Below the pieces are notes generated by a model, which saw only the letters and a program-made list of their open reading frames with translations, was not told the DNA's origin and ran no database searches. Shown piece after piece: positions 50,193-64,000 of a DNA stretch of 64,000 nucleotides. The DNA comes from Octopus sinensis (taxonomy: Eukaryota), in assembly GCF_006345805.1 (NCBI RefSeq), contig NC_042997.1, forward strand, positions 992,001-1,056,000. Reading direction: 5' to 3'. The position numbers and the translations under genes were made by a program. How positions within the stretch are numbered: the first letter of the stretch is position 1; the number at the start of each line of letters is the position of its first letter.

Positions 50193-50402
50193 TGATGTCT
50201 GTCGAGTTTATATCAACTCCGTATATTTATTTGCCGTATAAATCAGGGATAAATTAATCATTTACCCTCACCCATGTATAATATTCAATTGCGAGATTGC
50301 CATGCAATAACTAGCACTTGACTATGAATAATTGGGTACACTATCAGCAGTGTACTGGATAGATACTATCCCTTGCTTGGTTTCTCAACCTCTGACACAG
50401 AA

Positions 50403-50404
<2 letters not shown>

Positions 50405-50499
<95 letters not shown>

Positions 50500-50580
50500 T
50501 GTGTGTGCGTGTGTGTGTGTCTTTGTATACACACATACACACACACATATATATTATATACAGTGTGTATGTGTGTATCA
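50405..50580. repeat. (TA)n(TG)n microsatellite
   Basis: Directly visible. Confidence 0.95.
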
Positions 50581-53193
50581 TAATCAGGCACAGACACAAT
50601 GCGCTTATTTTGAAGCACATATATTTGCGTCTACACACGCATTTATGTACGAGGAAATGTGTAATACCTGGAGTTTATCACACACTCTTGTTATAATACG
50701 AAATCCTCTTGACTGTCTGCTTCTCATTTGACCTGTACTTGTAAATTACTAAAAGTTATTATTTGAAAATTCTTACTAATGTTTTTTATATGTTAGTTAA
50801 ATCGATAATGTCTCGAGGAACATAATATCAGCTAATACATAATTCTGTAGTAAAGAATCAAAATATTTTTGATATGACCACAAACTTTTCGGATTAACAA
50901 AGTGGCAATTCAGCGTAATCGATATTTGATTTACTTACCCCTCCTGCACCAGCAATACACTTTACTAAAATCTTATCATAAATTAAAGACTGAGGAAAAA
51001 TTAGATTGTATAACTTTCCATTCCATGCTTCATTACACGAAGATTTATCCAACTTTGAGTGAACGCTTCACGTGCCAGTAAACAGGGAAACTAGACATCA
51101 TTCTCTCCAACACAAAAACCGGTCAACTCTTATCAGTGACTAAACGTAGCAAGTTTAATTGTAACCTGGTACAAAAATGTGTCGTTTGAGAGTACTTAGA
51201 ATTTCTTGACCCAGCATTCATATTTCTTAATTAGATGCTACTAAGAAAGTTATATTTTAAAATCTAATGCCATCTCCCTTTTTCCTATAAACCCCACGAA
51301 AATATGGTGTAGGGTGGCAAATACGTGTGTCAGTTTAACATTCCCTGAAACCATAATTTCTACTAAAACGAATGCATGAAGCCCACCAGTCCACTGAACA
51401 TTGCTTGAGAAATATAAAGCTAGTGTTAGTGTAAGAATATAATACGAATATTGTATTGCACATATATCTCTTCGGCTATTTGTAACGACAACTAGTCTTT
51501 ATTTAAATATATAACGACATCCTTTTCCTGCTTCAGTAATGTTTTTCACAAAATCAGCAATGCTTCTCAGTTCTAATTTTCTTCTATAAATTTCAGTTTT
51601 TGTTCACCTGGATGAAATCGATAACTTGAGCGTCAGGGATCGTAATTAAATCTACATAAGCAAATGATAAATTGATTTTTAAAAAATAAGTGTTCCTATT
51701 TAATATCTACGGCTGAGAAAGGATTAAGTTTAAATTACACTTTATAGATGAATGGGTATTTCTTATATTAAACTTGCAGTAATATTACACACGAGCGATG
51801 TAAATGAAGATAATATAAAATCTGAGCAAAATTATAGAACATCTCATAATTTATGTCTCTCAGCTCACTTATAAATTGTTTCGCTGCTTGCTATATGGCT
51901 TTCTACATTGTTAAATACAAACACCTATCATTCTAAGCATGCTTACTGAATATATACTTTATTGCGTCTTTGCATTTAAGTACACATACAATTCTTCACT
52001 GACATTCGCACATCATAACAATTCGATAAGTGATATGTACATATGTATAGACATTTACTCAAAAATAGAAAAAGAACAATTAATTAAAAATTGGTAAATG
52101 AGGAAGAGAGTTAGAAAACCTTGCGAATTATAGATATAAATAGTTAAAATTTACAAAATAGATTTATTCTGTTCCATTTCAAGACATACACTGTCCTACT
52201 GTTATGTTTTCCTTATCTGAAAGCTGTCAAAATATTGATAGTTTTATATGTATTATATATTTTTCTATTATCAAATAAAGAAACGCATCGACATAATCAT
52301 ATAAATTGTTTCTGCATTCATACTCACATAAACTCAGACAGTGATTCACATATATTAGTACGAAGTACTTTAGAGTTCCAGTAGAAGAACTGCATTATTA
52401 ACTTTCAAAAGTAAAATTATTTTCAAGTATGAATTTATTCTTCCATTGCTACTATTTATAGATGCAATAGGAAGTTATTGTACCAGCCGAACGATTGAGA
52501 TTTCTATCTGATCGTCGTCACTATTCTACGTTGCCAGAAACACCGGTATTTGCAACAGCTACTCAAATGTATTAGTTTTACAAGCAGTATAAATTGAGAA
52601 CTACTTGAGTTGTAGCATAATTTGACGTATATGCATCTGTATATAATTACTCCTGTATATAAGCATACCCAAATGTACAAATGTACAAACGACGTCTATG
52701 ATAAAACTAAGTTTTAAATCGCAAACCTGCCAGTCAGCGTAGCGAGCTCTGAATCTTTGTGCTGTTTATAGGTGATAGTGCCATTCAATCTCAAAGTTAC
52801 ACCGGGCCTTGTTAGTGAGCTGCCAGGCAACAAATTCAAGCAAACGCATATCAATTGCTTTTGGCAGTGGATGGCAAATTCAAATATGAACAATTTTGAA
52901 AAGCAAACTCTTTTATGAAATTCTGTTTGAAATTGTGTAAAACACTTGCGGAAATATTTGTCTTGCAGTAAACCGACGGAGAAGATTATTCGAGTCATAT
53001 GTTGGGCTATGTGAGTTATTTACAATTCAAATTTAAGAAAATTTTGTTGTTCAAATGCTGATGAAAACTTTCTAGAAAAGGAGACGATGGGTAACAATGT
53101 TAGTGTAAGGCAACATTGTAGAAATAGAATTGTAGACATCGCGGTGTATTAGTTTCTTTTCGCAAAAGCCTAAAAGAAAAGAGATAGATAGAT

Positions 53194-53225
<32 letters not shown>

Positions 53226-54854
53226 AAGAGAGAGAGAGTTATGAAAAAAGCATCAGAGTTTCTCAAACCTGAAAGTGATGATAATTTTTTTAATTTTTAT
53301 TTGTAGGACGTTATTTCTCAAACATTTATTGCAAGAAGTCAGGTGACCGTTAAGTTATTTTACTTGGAAGATTGAAAGCATGTCAGAGAAAGTGTGAAGT
53401 TGGATGCAAAAGTTGCGAGCAGATAAAACAAGACACTTACCTGCATGATAGCCCTTATCTGTACTTCATTACAAGTCAAGTGACGACATTTATACTGCCA
53501 CCCCTATTCAATCCAAAGTTGACACCGTGGACGCTCCCATTTGAGTTTCAAAACTTGAAATGCACTCTAAAATCTCTCTGATTCCAGGTGATGGGTTACA
53601 GCGCAGAAACTTTGCTACAATACGGCACACTGCTTTAGAAAATGCGTTCTAGATGCATGTACCACGGCTACGAAAAAATTGGAGGGTGATGTACCAATAG
53701 AAGACGAAACTATTCTGAATGAATCAAAGCCTGGTATTTTTGGCGATACAAACAATATGTTTTTCTTATATATATATATATACGTCTCTTTAACTATCTC
53801 TATAATTATGTGATCATTATTTAGAAATGGAACTTGTAGACTAACCTCAAGAAATCTCAGTATTGCCTTCAAATATGAGAATGTGTAGAATCAAGTAGAT
53901 TTTTTAATGAAATAACGGTTCCGGTGTTTTAAAAATCTAAATTCAGATCTTTCCAAGGTAAAGGAAATGTTTTTCCGTCTTCTCTCACGTGTTGTCAGAA
54001 GAACGGACTCTCAATGAGAACATAACCGATAGTCCTTAATTCATTTTATGTTATGTTTCAATTAAATTAATAGTATTTGATGCATGTTTTGATTAATAAT
54101 TTCTCTGGTTTGTGCATCGGACACCCAACGCAAACACACTTAAACACGTATTCAATTACTAGCCTGTAATTACTTTATTATGTTACTTGTTTCAATCATT
54201 TGACTGCGGCCATGCTATAGAATATTCATGCAGTTACTCAGAGTTTCTCACGTATATTGGTATTCCCGTGAATGATGATTAATTATCTCTAATGCATGGT
54301 GTAGCTAATCAAATTACTCGTGGGTGTATCGAAACGCTCACGCCCAAAAAACACATAGACACACACATTGATGTAGTGGCTTTCATAGCATATTCAAGTA
54401 GTTACTCAGAGGTTTCACCATATCATGGGACTCGAGCAAGTGGAAGTAGAAACTGCGCTCCGTTTGTACGTTTTTTCTATCTCTTTTTACTAACTCTAAT
54501 GTTTGTTGGATAATGAAACATTTATCAATATTATCTCTTGTCACTAATAATATTAAATCCTCACGAACACTACTTACAAATTTACCCATCTACAGTATAT
54601 TAAGCTGCATTATAACGTAGCGAATAAATACTTTTTCAGCGTGGCAAGTAATGATAAATATTTACGACAATGTTCAATCCAAATGCATAGATTTTCACTT
54701 TCCTTCATGACTTTAGAGCAATTATTTTCTGTTAGTTGCTGAAAAGTGCCAAATTGTCTGATATTTTACATTAGTTTTATGTGAAAGTACATCTTTACGC
54801 ATAGTTATATCCGTATATGAAAATACATGCAGAGGTATATCTGAATATGTGAAT

Positions 54855-55105
<251 letters not shown>

Positions 55106-55729
55106 TAATGTATGATTTTTACAATGTGTTTATGCATTGATGTTTATTTATCTAATCATTCCTGTGAGTTGTATTGTTGTCTATATATTTCTATACATAT
55201 TGTTTTCTGCGAATATGTATGAGAAATACCATCACAAAAACAAAAACAAAAACAAAACACAAGAAAAAAAATACCACGATCCATTAACTAGCAGCGGATT
55301 GCAACATTTATTTTTAGCTCTAGTTATGAAGATTGTTTTCTTTTATTTTTCATGTTTTAACGTATTTCTAAATCACTCTTACCTCCATTGTGATGCAAGT
55401 CAAATTTAATAAAAGGCGAAATATTTTGTCAGAATTTCTTTTTGTGATAGTAATTGCTGTTACGTTGCAGCTGTTCTTGTTATTTTCGTACAACAAAGAA
55501 TATGAACGCCAGCATCGCTTGCTGCTGTTCGTTGGTGACGTTATTTTCATTAGACTTGTTTTACTAAGTCGTTAGTTTTTATATGTAATGTTGTAAATTT
55601 AAATTGTTGCTGTTTGTTTATTATTTTAATTTGTTTCCTGTATAGCATTCTCCCTTAAGAAGGTCAACAATATTTATTGCCAACCACTATTCGTCGTAAT
55701 CATCGTCATCGATATGAAAAATATAATTG

Positions 55730-55746
55730 ATGGCGACGACAACGAG

Positions 55747-55781
<35 letters not shown>

Positions 55782-55790
55782 AGATGATAA
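55730..55790. repeat. (GAC)n microsatellite
   Basis: Directly visible. Confidence 0.9.
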
Positions 55791-56139
55791 CAAAAACTAC
55801 AGCCAAACTAAAAAAAACAAAAAACAGTAATACATAGAACGTAATGAGCCGGACGAAATACCGCAAAGTATTTGTCTGGCGTTCTAACATTTCTATCAGC
55901 AGGCCGCCTTAAGTTTGTTGTCGTTGTTGTTATTGTTGTCGTTGTTGTTATTGTTGTGCTTCGTGATGTTCAAGATAACAACCAACATCATCATCACAAT
56001 TATCATGAATGAAAAGAGTCATTGCTGAGGTGCTCATCTTCGTTGTAGTCATTATGGACGTCGTTGCCGCTGTCACCTTCATCACCATCGACAGAATCGT
56101 TTAGCATATTAATGTCTATAAAGCTAATCAAACAACTAA

Positions 56140-56146
56140 ATGTGTA

Positions 56147-56221
<75 letters not shown>

Positions 56222-56350
56222 ATATATATATATGTATTTAAATATATATATATATGTATGTATGTATGTATATATATATATATATATGCATATATATATA
56301 CATATACATATATATATATAAATAATACATACATATATATATATACATAA

Positions 56351-56400
<50 letters not shown>

Positions 56401-56421
56401 TATATATACACACAAACACAC

Positions 56422-56469
<48 letters not shown>

Positions 56470-56550
56470 TATATATATATACATATATAAATATATATAT
56501 ACACATTTAGTTGTATGCTTAGCTTTATATATATATATATATATATATTG
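56140..56550. repeat. Long (TA)n-rich array
   Basis: Directly visible. Confidence 0.95.
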
Positions 56551-57039
56551 TTGAGTGACTAACGTGTCTATTATCGAGTGAGTGACAACCGAATTTAGTT
56601 TCAGCCAATAATTGAAAGAATGTACCGAGGTGAATCATCAAGAAATGTTGTTTGTAATCTTGTGTTTATACGTGCTTGAAATGTGCCATGAGTACGGTGA
56701 TGTGGTATGGAGGTGACAAGATATTTATGTACAGTTATATCCATATGGTTGCATACCTGTCTCCTGTGTTGGAAAATAAAATGTTTATTAGTGCCAAAGT
56801 CAAGACGTCACATGTTATTCCACGATCAAAGATTGCAAAAAAAGAACGCAAAAACAAAAATACGATACAAACCTGAACTATTGTAGTCAAATATATATAA
56901 TAATGACAGATGCCATGTATAAGATATTTATATATAATTTATGTATGATTGTGTTTATGATAAATAAATAATTGTGTACAAATTCACGTGCATGTAAAGT
57001 CTACATTTCCAGAAAGAAATAATATACAGACTTCAGCAT

Positions 57040-57213
<174 letters not shown>

Positions 57214-58191
57214 AACTGTTTATGTTTTTAGTCCAATTAAGTGTATATCTCCTTGTCACGTTGTACATTAAATAACGTCTCTCGCTCTCTCACCCTCTCT
57301 ATATTTATGTGTATATATATATGTGTGTGTGTGTATGTGTGTATGTGTGCATGGGCGTGTATGCGCATGCATATTTATATGTGTGTTTATATGTGTGTAT
57401 ATATATATATATATATTATATATATATATATGTGTATATATATGTATGCATGTAAACGAATACATACACACACATATATAATTAGAAATAGAAATTCTTT
57501 CACATATACACACTTCCAAAATCAAAGACATTCCCCCATATATAAATACTTAAACATATATATATAAACAGATACGAACACACACACATACACACGCACG
57601 CACACACACACACACACAAACATTTATAATGATATATTTTTTGCATCGATGTTTAACATTTCTCTGAAGCTCTTAATGTAGCATCGCATGCTTTTATCTT
57701 TGTTGTCTTTCTTACAAATAGCAGTTGCTGTATATATTATTTAGAAAGAGAACATGTACAAGCACACATCAAGTCATTCATATAGTATTATAAACACATA
57801 TACAATTGCACACACAATATGCTTGGACATGAAGAGCTGATTTAAATAGTAGACACACTGTACGATGGCCCCGTACCTCGACGACTCTAATGTCATAATG
57901 TCAAGCATTCTTGCAGTGGCAGTGTGTATAAATACCTCTCCGCCCCAGGCCTTTGAAAGTATTTAAAACGATAGATAGTTCTGCACATAAATTCTCATAC
58001 ATGTGTACATATGTATGCATAAATACAAAATATCCATGTATTATGTATCTATCTGTCTGTCTATCTATTTACGTATCTATTTATTTGTTTGTTTGTCTGT
58101 CTATCTATATATGTATGTATATACACACATAAATATATATATATACATGCGTACATATATGCCTACATTCATAGATAGACACATACATATA

Positions 58192-58320
58192 TATGTGGTA
58201 AGAAGCTTGCTTTCCAACCACAGCATTCGAGGTTCAGTCCTTGTCTTCTACTATAGCGTTGGGGCGACCAGAACCTTGTGAATGGATTTGATAGATTGAA
58301 ACTAGAATACGTCTTCGACA
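58192..58320 (+). mobile_element. SINE 5' fragment with internal deletion
   Basis: tgtggtaagaagcttgctttccaaccac...ggttcagtcc|tgtcttctactatagc...ccttgtgaatggatttg. Confidence 0.75.
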
Positions 58321-58377
58321 TAAAGGAACACATAGATAAATAGGGAGAGAAAGTAAAAAAAAGTTTTAGTGACTAGC

Positions 58378-58410
<33 letters not shown>

Positions 58411-59042
58411 CACACACACACACATACACACACACACATATATTCAAATTATGATGAAAGTAAACAAAGTTTGCTTTTTAGAAGCGTTGAGATGTATTGA
58501 AAGGTAAGATACAGAAATAATTAATTCTTAAACGCAATATAATGCTAAGAGAATGGCAGGTGCAGGATAAAATGTTTGGGAAATAAAATAATTAAGGATA
58601 CCGATAGATATAACTTAGAAATTTCTCTGCAAAAATATTATTTCATCCTGTTCCTTCTATTCTGCTAGCATTATTCTGCGTTCAGCGATCACACCATCAT
58701 CCACACATCTACACATGCACATACGCACACATCAAGGTCACCAGACCTCTTCTACACGCACACACATACTCTCTTATACACACGCACGCGCACCTTCACC
58801 ACTACTTTATTAAATCCCCGTCTTCCTAGTTCTCCTGTGTGACCCTTCTGCCCGGAATTCGTCATGATAGATAGCTAACCACTACACACTCTTTATTTTC
58901 TCTCCCTGTTTCTTTCTGTGGAGGAGCGTAGGCTCGAAAGGTTAAAGACTTTTTTCACTTCTCAAGCGTTAACCTAATACACCTTTTTGTTGTCAACACC
59001 ACTAGACTTCGTCTTTTTGTTTCTTTTTTGTGGATTCTCCCC

Positions 59043-59084
<42 letters not shown>

Positions 59085-59087
<3 letters not shown>

Positions 59088-59830
59088 CTGCCGGCCATGC
59101 TCGTTTCGTGGAAATAGCCTATCAAATACTAAGTACGTTAGCAATTATGAAAGTGGCTAGGTAGAGATATTTAATATCTGAAATATATCACACACGTAAA
59201 AAGGGGTTTGCTCTTTTATAGGAACCTCAAGTCGGTGTCTTATTTGCAAATAAATTTCAACAACATCGCTGTAGTAGATACGAATCCCGACTTTTTGCTT
59301 ATTTCACGATTCAGGAAAACAGACATTTTGTTGATATTATAACCTAGTTGGGCTTGTATTCATTAATTATCGCTTTTGAATACACTTTCTGTATGTGTAT
59401 CATTGGCACGAGCACATCCAAAATTTCGTCTCCGATTCAAATGTACATAATTTAAGCTTATGTTGATCAGTTTAGAAAATGTTTATACACCAGCCAAGTA
59501 ATATTGTACGCTTAAAATTAACGTTAATAAGAGCGTATTTACAGTTAAATCTGTTTCATCGCTGCTGCATAGACATCAGTCTTCATTTCCTCTACCTGAA
59601 CAGTCTCTTAAGGATTTCGATAATCTTCAATGAGGCTTGAAAGTATTCTCTGTAGCGTTGGTAACAATCGATCCGCTCAGCATCTTCTCTAAACTGTCGC
59701 CAAGTTTTAAAACTGTTATTACGAACTCTCTCATAAAGTATGCAGAGTTCATTCGATTAAAAGTGATTGGGATTCACAAAGAGGATTTATTAAGTCAGGT
59801 GACTCGTATTGACAAGCATAAGTACGTGTC
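59085..59830 (-). mobile_element. Helitron-like element: 3' hairpin end plus a RepHel remnant
   Basis: Minus-strand terminus cgagcatggccggcagcta resembles the 475-836 end. 59590-59800 translates ILFVNP...LCILYERVRNNSFKTWRQFREDAERI...EILKRLF (cf. Helitron LYFV.P...YLR.LL..V.GP.SF...TFREAA..LGL...LR.LF). Confidence 0.5.
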
Positions 59831-62800
59831 ATTAATGATAAAAGCCAAAACAATTTTGTAGTCGATTACTCCGAAATTAGTAATAAGTTCACCTACTTAA
59901 AACCTTTTGCTTTGTCTAACGTATATGACATATTTGCTATCATAATTTCTTTTGAGATATTTAGTACTACCTCGAACATAGTACATGTGACTGATGCGTT
60001 GCATCCGATGATAAATTACATACAGTTGTGTAGAAAGTCATTCAGTTATTAAAGTGCAAACACCTAGTGTCGCGTATCTCCCTCGGAGTAAATACTTGCA
60101 TTCGTGAAAATGAATTATATCTAAATTCTCACTGGTTTGCAAATCGAACATATTAGAGAGCAGTGATAGAGATAGATATCCTTAATTATTATATTGTCCA
60201 AACATTTTGATAGTAGGATATTGTAAGAAGATCCGTTGTTATATATCTCGTGCAATGCCATTAAATAGGTGAATTTATTAATAAATTTAAAGTAGTCGCC
60301 TATAAATTTGTATTGAATTTCACCGTTATCGATGCGTGCTTATAAATCCTCTTTGTGTCTTCCGGTTACTCGAAATTGGGAATTACATCTAAATAATTTA
60401 CGTTTAATTTTACTTAACGAAGTATCCCTTTATTACTAAGAAACATTCGCTTGTTTCATATAACAGTTATTTTCGCTTATTTTTCCTAGGGGATTCCTCA
60501 GTTATCTGAACAATTGAATCTGTAGTCAATGCAGTATTTCTGCATATAGGCATATATATATATTTCTATGTGTTTGCATATGTTTGGTATAACGTAAGGC
60601 TTATTCCCTTTTGAGCTGAACATTTGTTTTTAGGCAATCAATTTTAATCAATCTATGACTGACATTTCAAAGCAGTGGGAAATAACCAGTTCTCTTTTCA
60701 AATATCCGTATGAAATATATGAGCATTCTGAAAATAGAAATGCTAAATTGCACCCCATATTATCTGTCTATGGAAGTTTTGGTGTGTCTGAATCTCATGA
60801 GTTGCTATTTCGTGGAAGCAGATAATATATTAACTCAGCACTCGATGTCTATCTTCTTAATACTGTCCATATTGTGTCTTGTGTTTACTCTACTGAAGTA
60901 AGAATTAAAACAAAAACGAATACTCTGTATATATTTCTTTGCAAATAATGTGCTGAGTTAATTTGCTGAAATGTATATACTAAAAGACATAATAGAATCA
61001 GCAAAGCATGACAGCACTTATATGAAGTACCTTATCGTGTATTTCTTGCTGTCTACGAAATGTTATAATAAAGAGTATATAGTATCAGACATGTATACGC
61101 ATTAATATGTTTCGGATCATGACCACCATGTTTTTCCTTTCAATTGAATGATACTTAAGAAGAATAAAGATCACATGCAAATGTCAACAATAAAGAAGAA
61201 AATATAAATTGTTTATTTAGACAATGATTAGCATCAATAAAGTTCAAAAGAGTTGGAGTCATGTGGTTAAATTATACAGCACCGCATAGATAAATGTTGT
61301 TGTTAGCGACATTCTTTCAAACGCTGCTAGAATTTTTTCATCTTGTTTCATCCTTCCACGCCCTCTTATCATATAGCTTTTACCATTCTCGCTACATTGT
61401 ATATTCTACTTTCTGTTGTCTCATTCCTTCGTCTTATATCTACACCTTTGCCTTTTGATTTGACATTCTCTCCGCTTCGTAATTTAAATTTCTTTCATTT
61501 TTGATTTCTATCGGTTTTCTCTTTACATTTCTACTATAATCATTTATTGACATCTTCCCTTTCCATCTTGTGACTTAACGCTTTACTTCAGTATTCATCT
61601 ACTCGTTAATGGTAGCTGTATTTTATTTATTATTTACGCAAAGAATTTAATAAAAAAACGTTCATAAATACTCTTGCTTAATAATATATACTTTCTCTCT
61701 TCAGTTTTTTTAAAAAAATATATTTTCCTTTTTATCATGTCCCCCCACATGCAAACCTTTCACCAACCTTCATTTTGTTTCCTCATTTTGGTTACATTTT
61801 TTCCCACCAACTCACCCATTTTTTTCCCTCGTATTCTGAAGTTTCTTCACTATCATTTCTCGCATTTTTTCCCAATCTATTTGTCTTATCTCATTTACAA
61901 TGAAGAATTGCATTACCAAACAATTTGGTATTCTGATCTAAAACAAGAAAAAGTATTGGATATTATCCATTTTCTGAATGTTATAGAATATGTTTTTCAG
62001 AAGTATATCATCAACAGTTACTTCGAAAGTTGATGTCTAATTTTGATTTTTAAATTGATAGTATTTAAAACTTGGTTCGTTGACAGCTTTTTGAGCACTT
62101 ACACTTCTGCCCACGCTGTGTGCATTTATAAAGTTGCTTTATTTATTACACATAGAAAGTGTTTCGTATATAGCTGAATGAAAGTCGTATGCATTCCTTT
62201 GTACTAGATGCGTGCGTAGAAAACAAGGTGGCGATCATTAAAGCTAAGGGTAATATAATTGTTAAAGAAAGCGCACTTCACTTTGCAATTGCAAATGCAC
62301 TTGGATATTGCATGATTAATGCACAATTCTAAAATTCATCAGCATATTTGGACACTTCTACCGAGTGAACAATAGCATAAATGAGATAGAAACGATATAG
62401 GTTTGAAGAATTTGAAAAAAGTTATCCACAGAACCGACTAAATATCATTTACATAAAAATCGAAATGATAAATTGCATTTAAAAGAGTTTTATCAAACAA
62501 ATACAAAACATAGAAAAGCGAGAGCACGTGTGATTTGAACTACGAATTTATATCACGCGAGAAGTTATTTATTAATTTACTCTATTTACTTAGCCATCTA
62601 TTCCGTTGTATTAACTGCAAAAATCGAAAGTCTAGTACTCTAGAGCCCAAATTAAAAGCCATTAGTATAGTGTAACAAAAAAAGAAAAGACAGCTGCATC
62701 AGCAAACAAGCTCCCCCGCAGTGCACAGATAATGTGGATCTAATTAAGAGTCAACATTCTCTCCACTTTATATTATTAACGTAAAGATTCGTTAAAAAAT

Positions 62801-62923
62801 ATAACTCATTACATGGGATTTTACTGCTGAATAATCTTAACAACAGTTCGTTACATCGAATATTTTTTTCAAAATTGACCCATTTATGTAATGGTCGTGT
62901 TTTTTCCTTCTATACTGCTTATA

Positions 62924-64000
62924 TCATGTCATCCCATAAGTTCTGTCCGAATTTTAAATAGAGAAATCAAATTATCAAATGTTATATTTAATTGAAATTT
63001 AATCTTCAATGTACTTTCCCTGATTATCTATGACTTCCTTCCATCTATTTAGAAGCTTTTCAATCCCATCAATATAAAACTCTTTTGGTTTCAAAGCGAA
63101 GAACTCTACAATGTCAGTTTCGCCCTCTTCCTGGTTTGCGAAACTTATCTACCCCCAAATGATTCTGTAAACTACAAAACAAATGGTAGTCTGAAGGAGC
63201 AAGGTCGGGAAAATAAGGTGGATGAGGAATTTTTTCCCAACCAAGCTCTTCGATCTTCTGTGATGTGATCTTTGCAGTATGGGGTCGCGCATTGACCTGA
63301 TGAAACATCATTCCTCTTCGATTCACTAAAGCGGGTCTTATTTTTCTTCAAACCGTGGTTCAAAAGCTCTAATTGCTGACAGTAGACTTGAACATTGATT
63401 GTTGCATTAGGCGGTAACAATTACTCCTTTGCAGTCCCACCAGATAGAGAGAAGAACCTTTTTCCCCATGAAGTTCCATTCTCTATTGTGGTTGAGCTTT
63501 TCCCCTTTTACCAAACCACTGTTTGCAACGTTTAACATTTCGATAGAAGACCCATTTGTCGTCACCAGTCACAAGTCTATCCAAAATGGGTGAAATGCGT
63601 TTGACAGATGTCAACTCGAGATTTGTGGTTCCTTTCGGACAATTCATGAGGCACTCCTTTTCCAAGTTAAGGAACCTTTCTAAGTTGTTGAAGATGACGA
63701 TGAACAGTTGTATGGTTTGAACTAAACTTTATTGCCAATTCTTCAACTGATAATGCAGGATGTTCTTCAAGTAATGCCTCAAAGAGCTTATTATGAAACG
63801 CAACTGGACGTCCTGTTCTTCATCTTCAAGGTTGAAATCTGCACTTCTGAATTTTGGAAATTATCTTCTGCAAGTTCATTCCTTCAAGCATTCTTTCCCA
63901 TAAACTGAGTGTATGCTTCGAGTCTCTTCGGCTGCAGAGTTTCCTTTTTTGTACTCATAAAGCATTATGTGCCTTAAATGCTCTTTGGATACTTCATGCT
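62924..64000 (-). mobile_element. Mariner transposon, near-complete decayed transposase, runs off the window edge
   Basis: Minus strand EHLRHIMLYEYKKGNSAAE, LDRLVTGDDKWVFY, HQVNARPH, PHPPYFPDLAPSDYHLFCSLQNHL. TIR-like end gtcatcccataagttctgtccga at ~62928. Confidence 0.92.

Noticed and set aside
52771-52920. Plus-strand acceptor-like tttatag followed by 48 open codons
   Set aside because: Ends in a stop with no donor, no recognisable homology, no supporting neighbouring exon.
53066-53095. CTGATGA...GAAA hammerhead-like words
   Set aside because: No stem II pairing and no C/NUH after GAAA.
53441-53510. Minus-strand perfect donor cag|gtaagt with a short open frame (GWQYKCRHLTCNEVQIRAIMQ)
   Set aside because: No convincing acceptor and no recognisable peptide; isolated splice-like motifs are expected by chance.
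60710-60901. 63-aa ORF ending near gaa|gtaag
   Set aside because: No acceptor, composition typical of random AT-rich ORFs.

Overview
AT-rich, repeat-dense eukaryotic DNA, intergenic or deep intronic. No host protein-coding exon could be supported. The abundant tRNA-derived SINE and the microsatellite load look like an octopus (coleoid cephalopod) genome; this is inferred from recalled SINE consensus, not from a search. The window is a mosaic of decayed non-LTR retrotransposons (RTE, R4/Dong, Tx1/L1, CR1, Penelope-like), Tc1/mariner transposons and miniature derivatives, Helitron-like elements, SINEs, simple repeats and an unusual number of fold-back structures. Most interesting is a self-cleaving-ribozyme system. 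An 853-bp insert at 43300-44152, flanked by a 14-bp target-site duplication, consists of a ~352-bp unit present as ~1.3 copies on one strand and ~1.1 copies on the other, joined head-to-head. Each arm carries a minimal type I hammerhead ribozyme, so the insert looks like a retrozyme copied from a circular or multimeric RNA. It sits inside a Penelope reverse transcriptase gene. Two further near-intact hammerheads (26891-26940, 36236-36320) and several decayed ones occur elsewhere, often inside or beside inverted repeats. All long ORFs in the supplied track are microsatellite artefacts.
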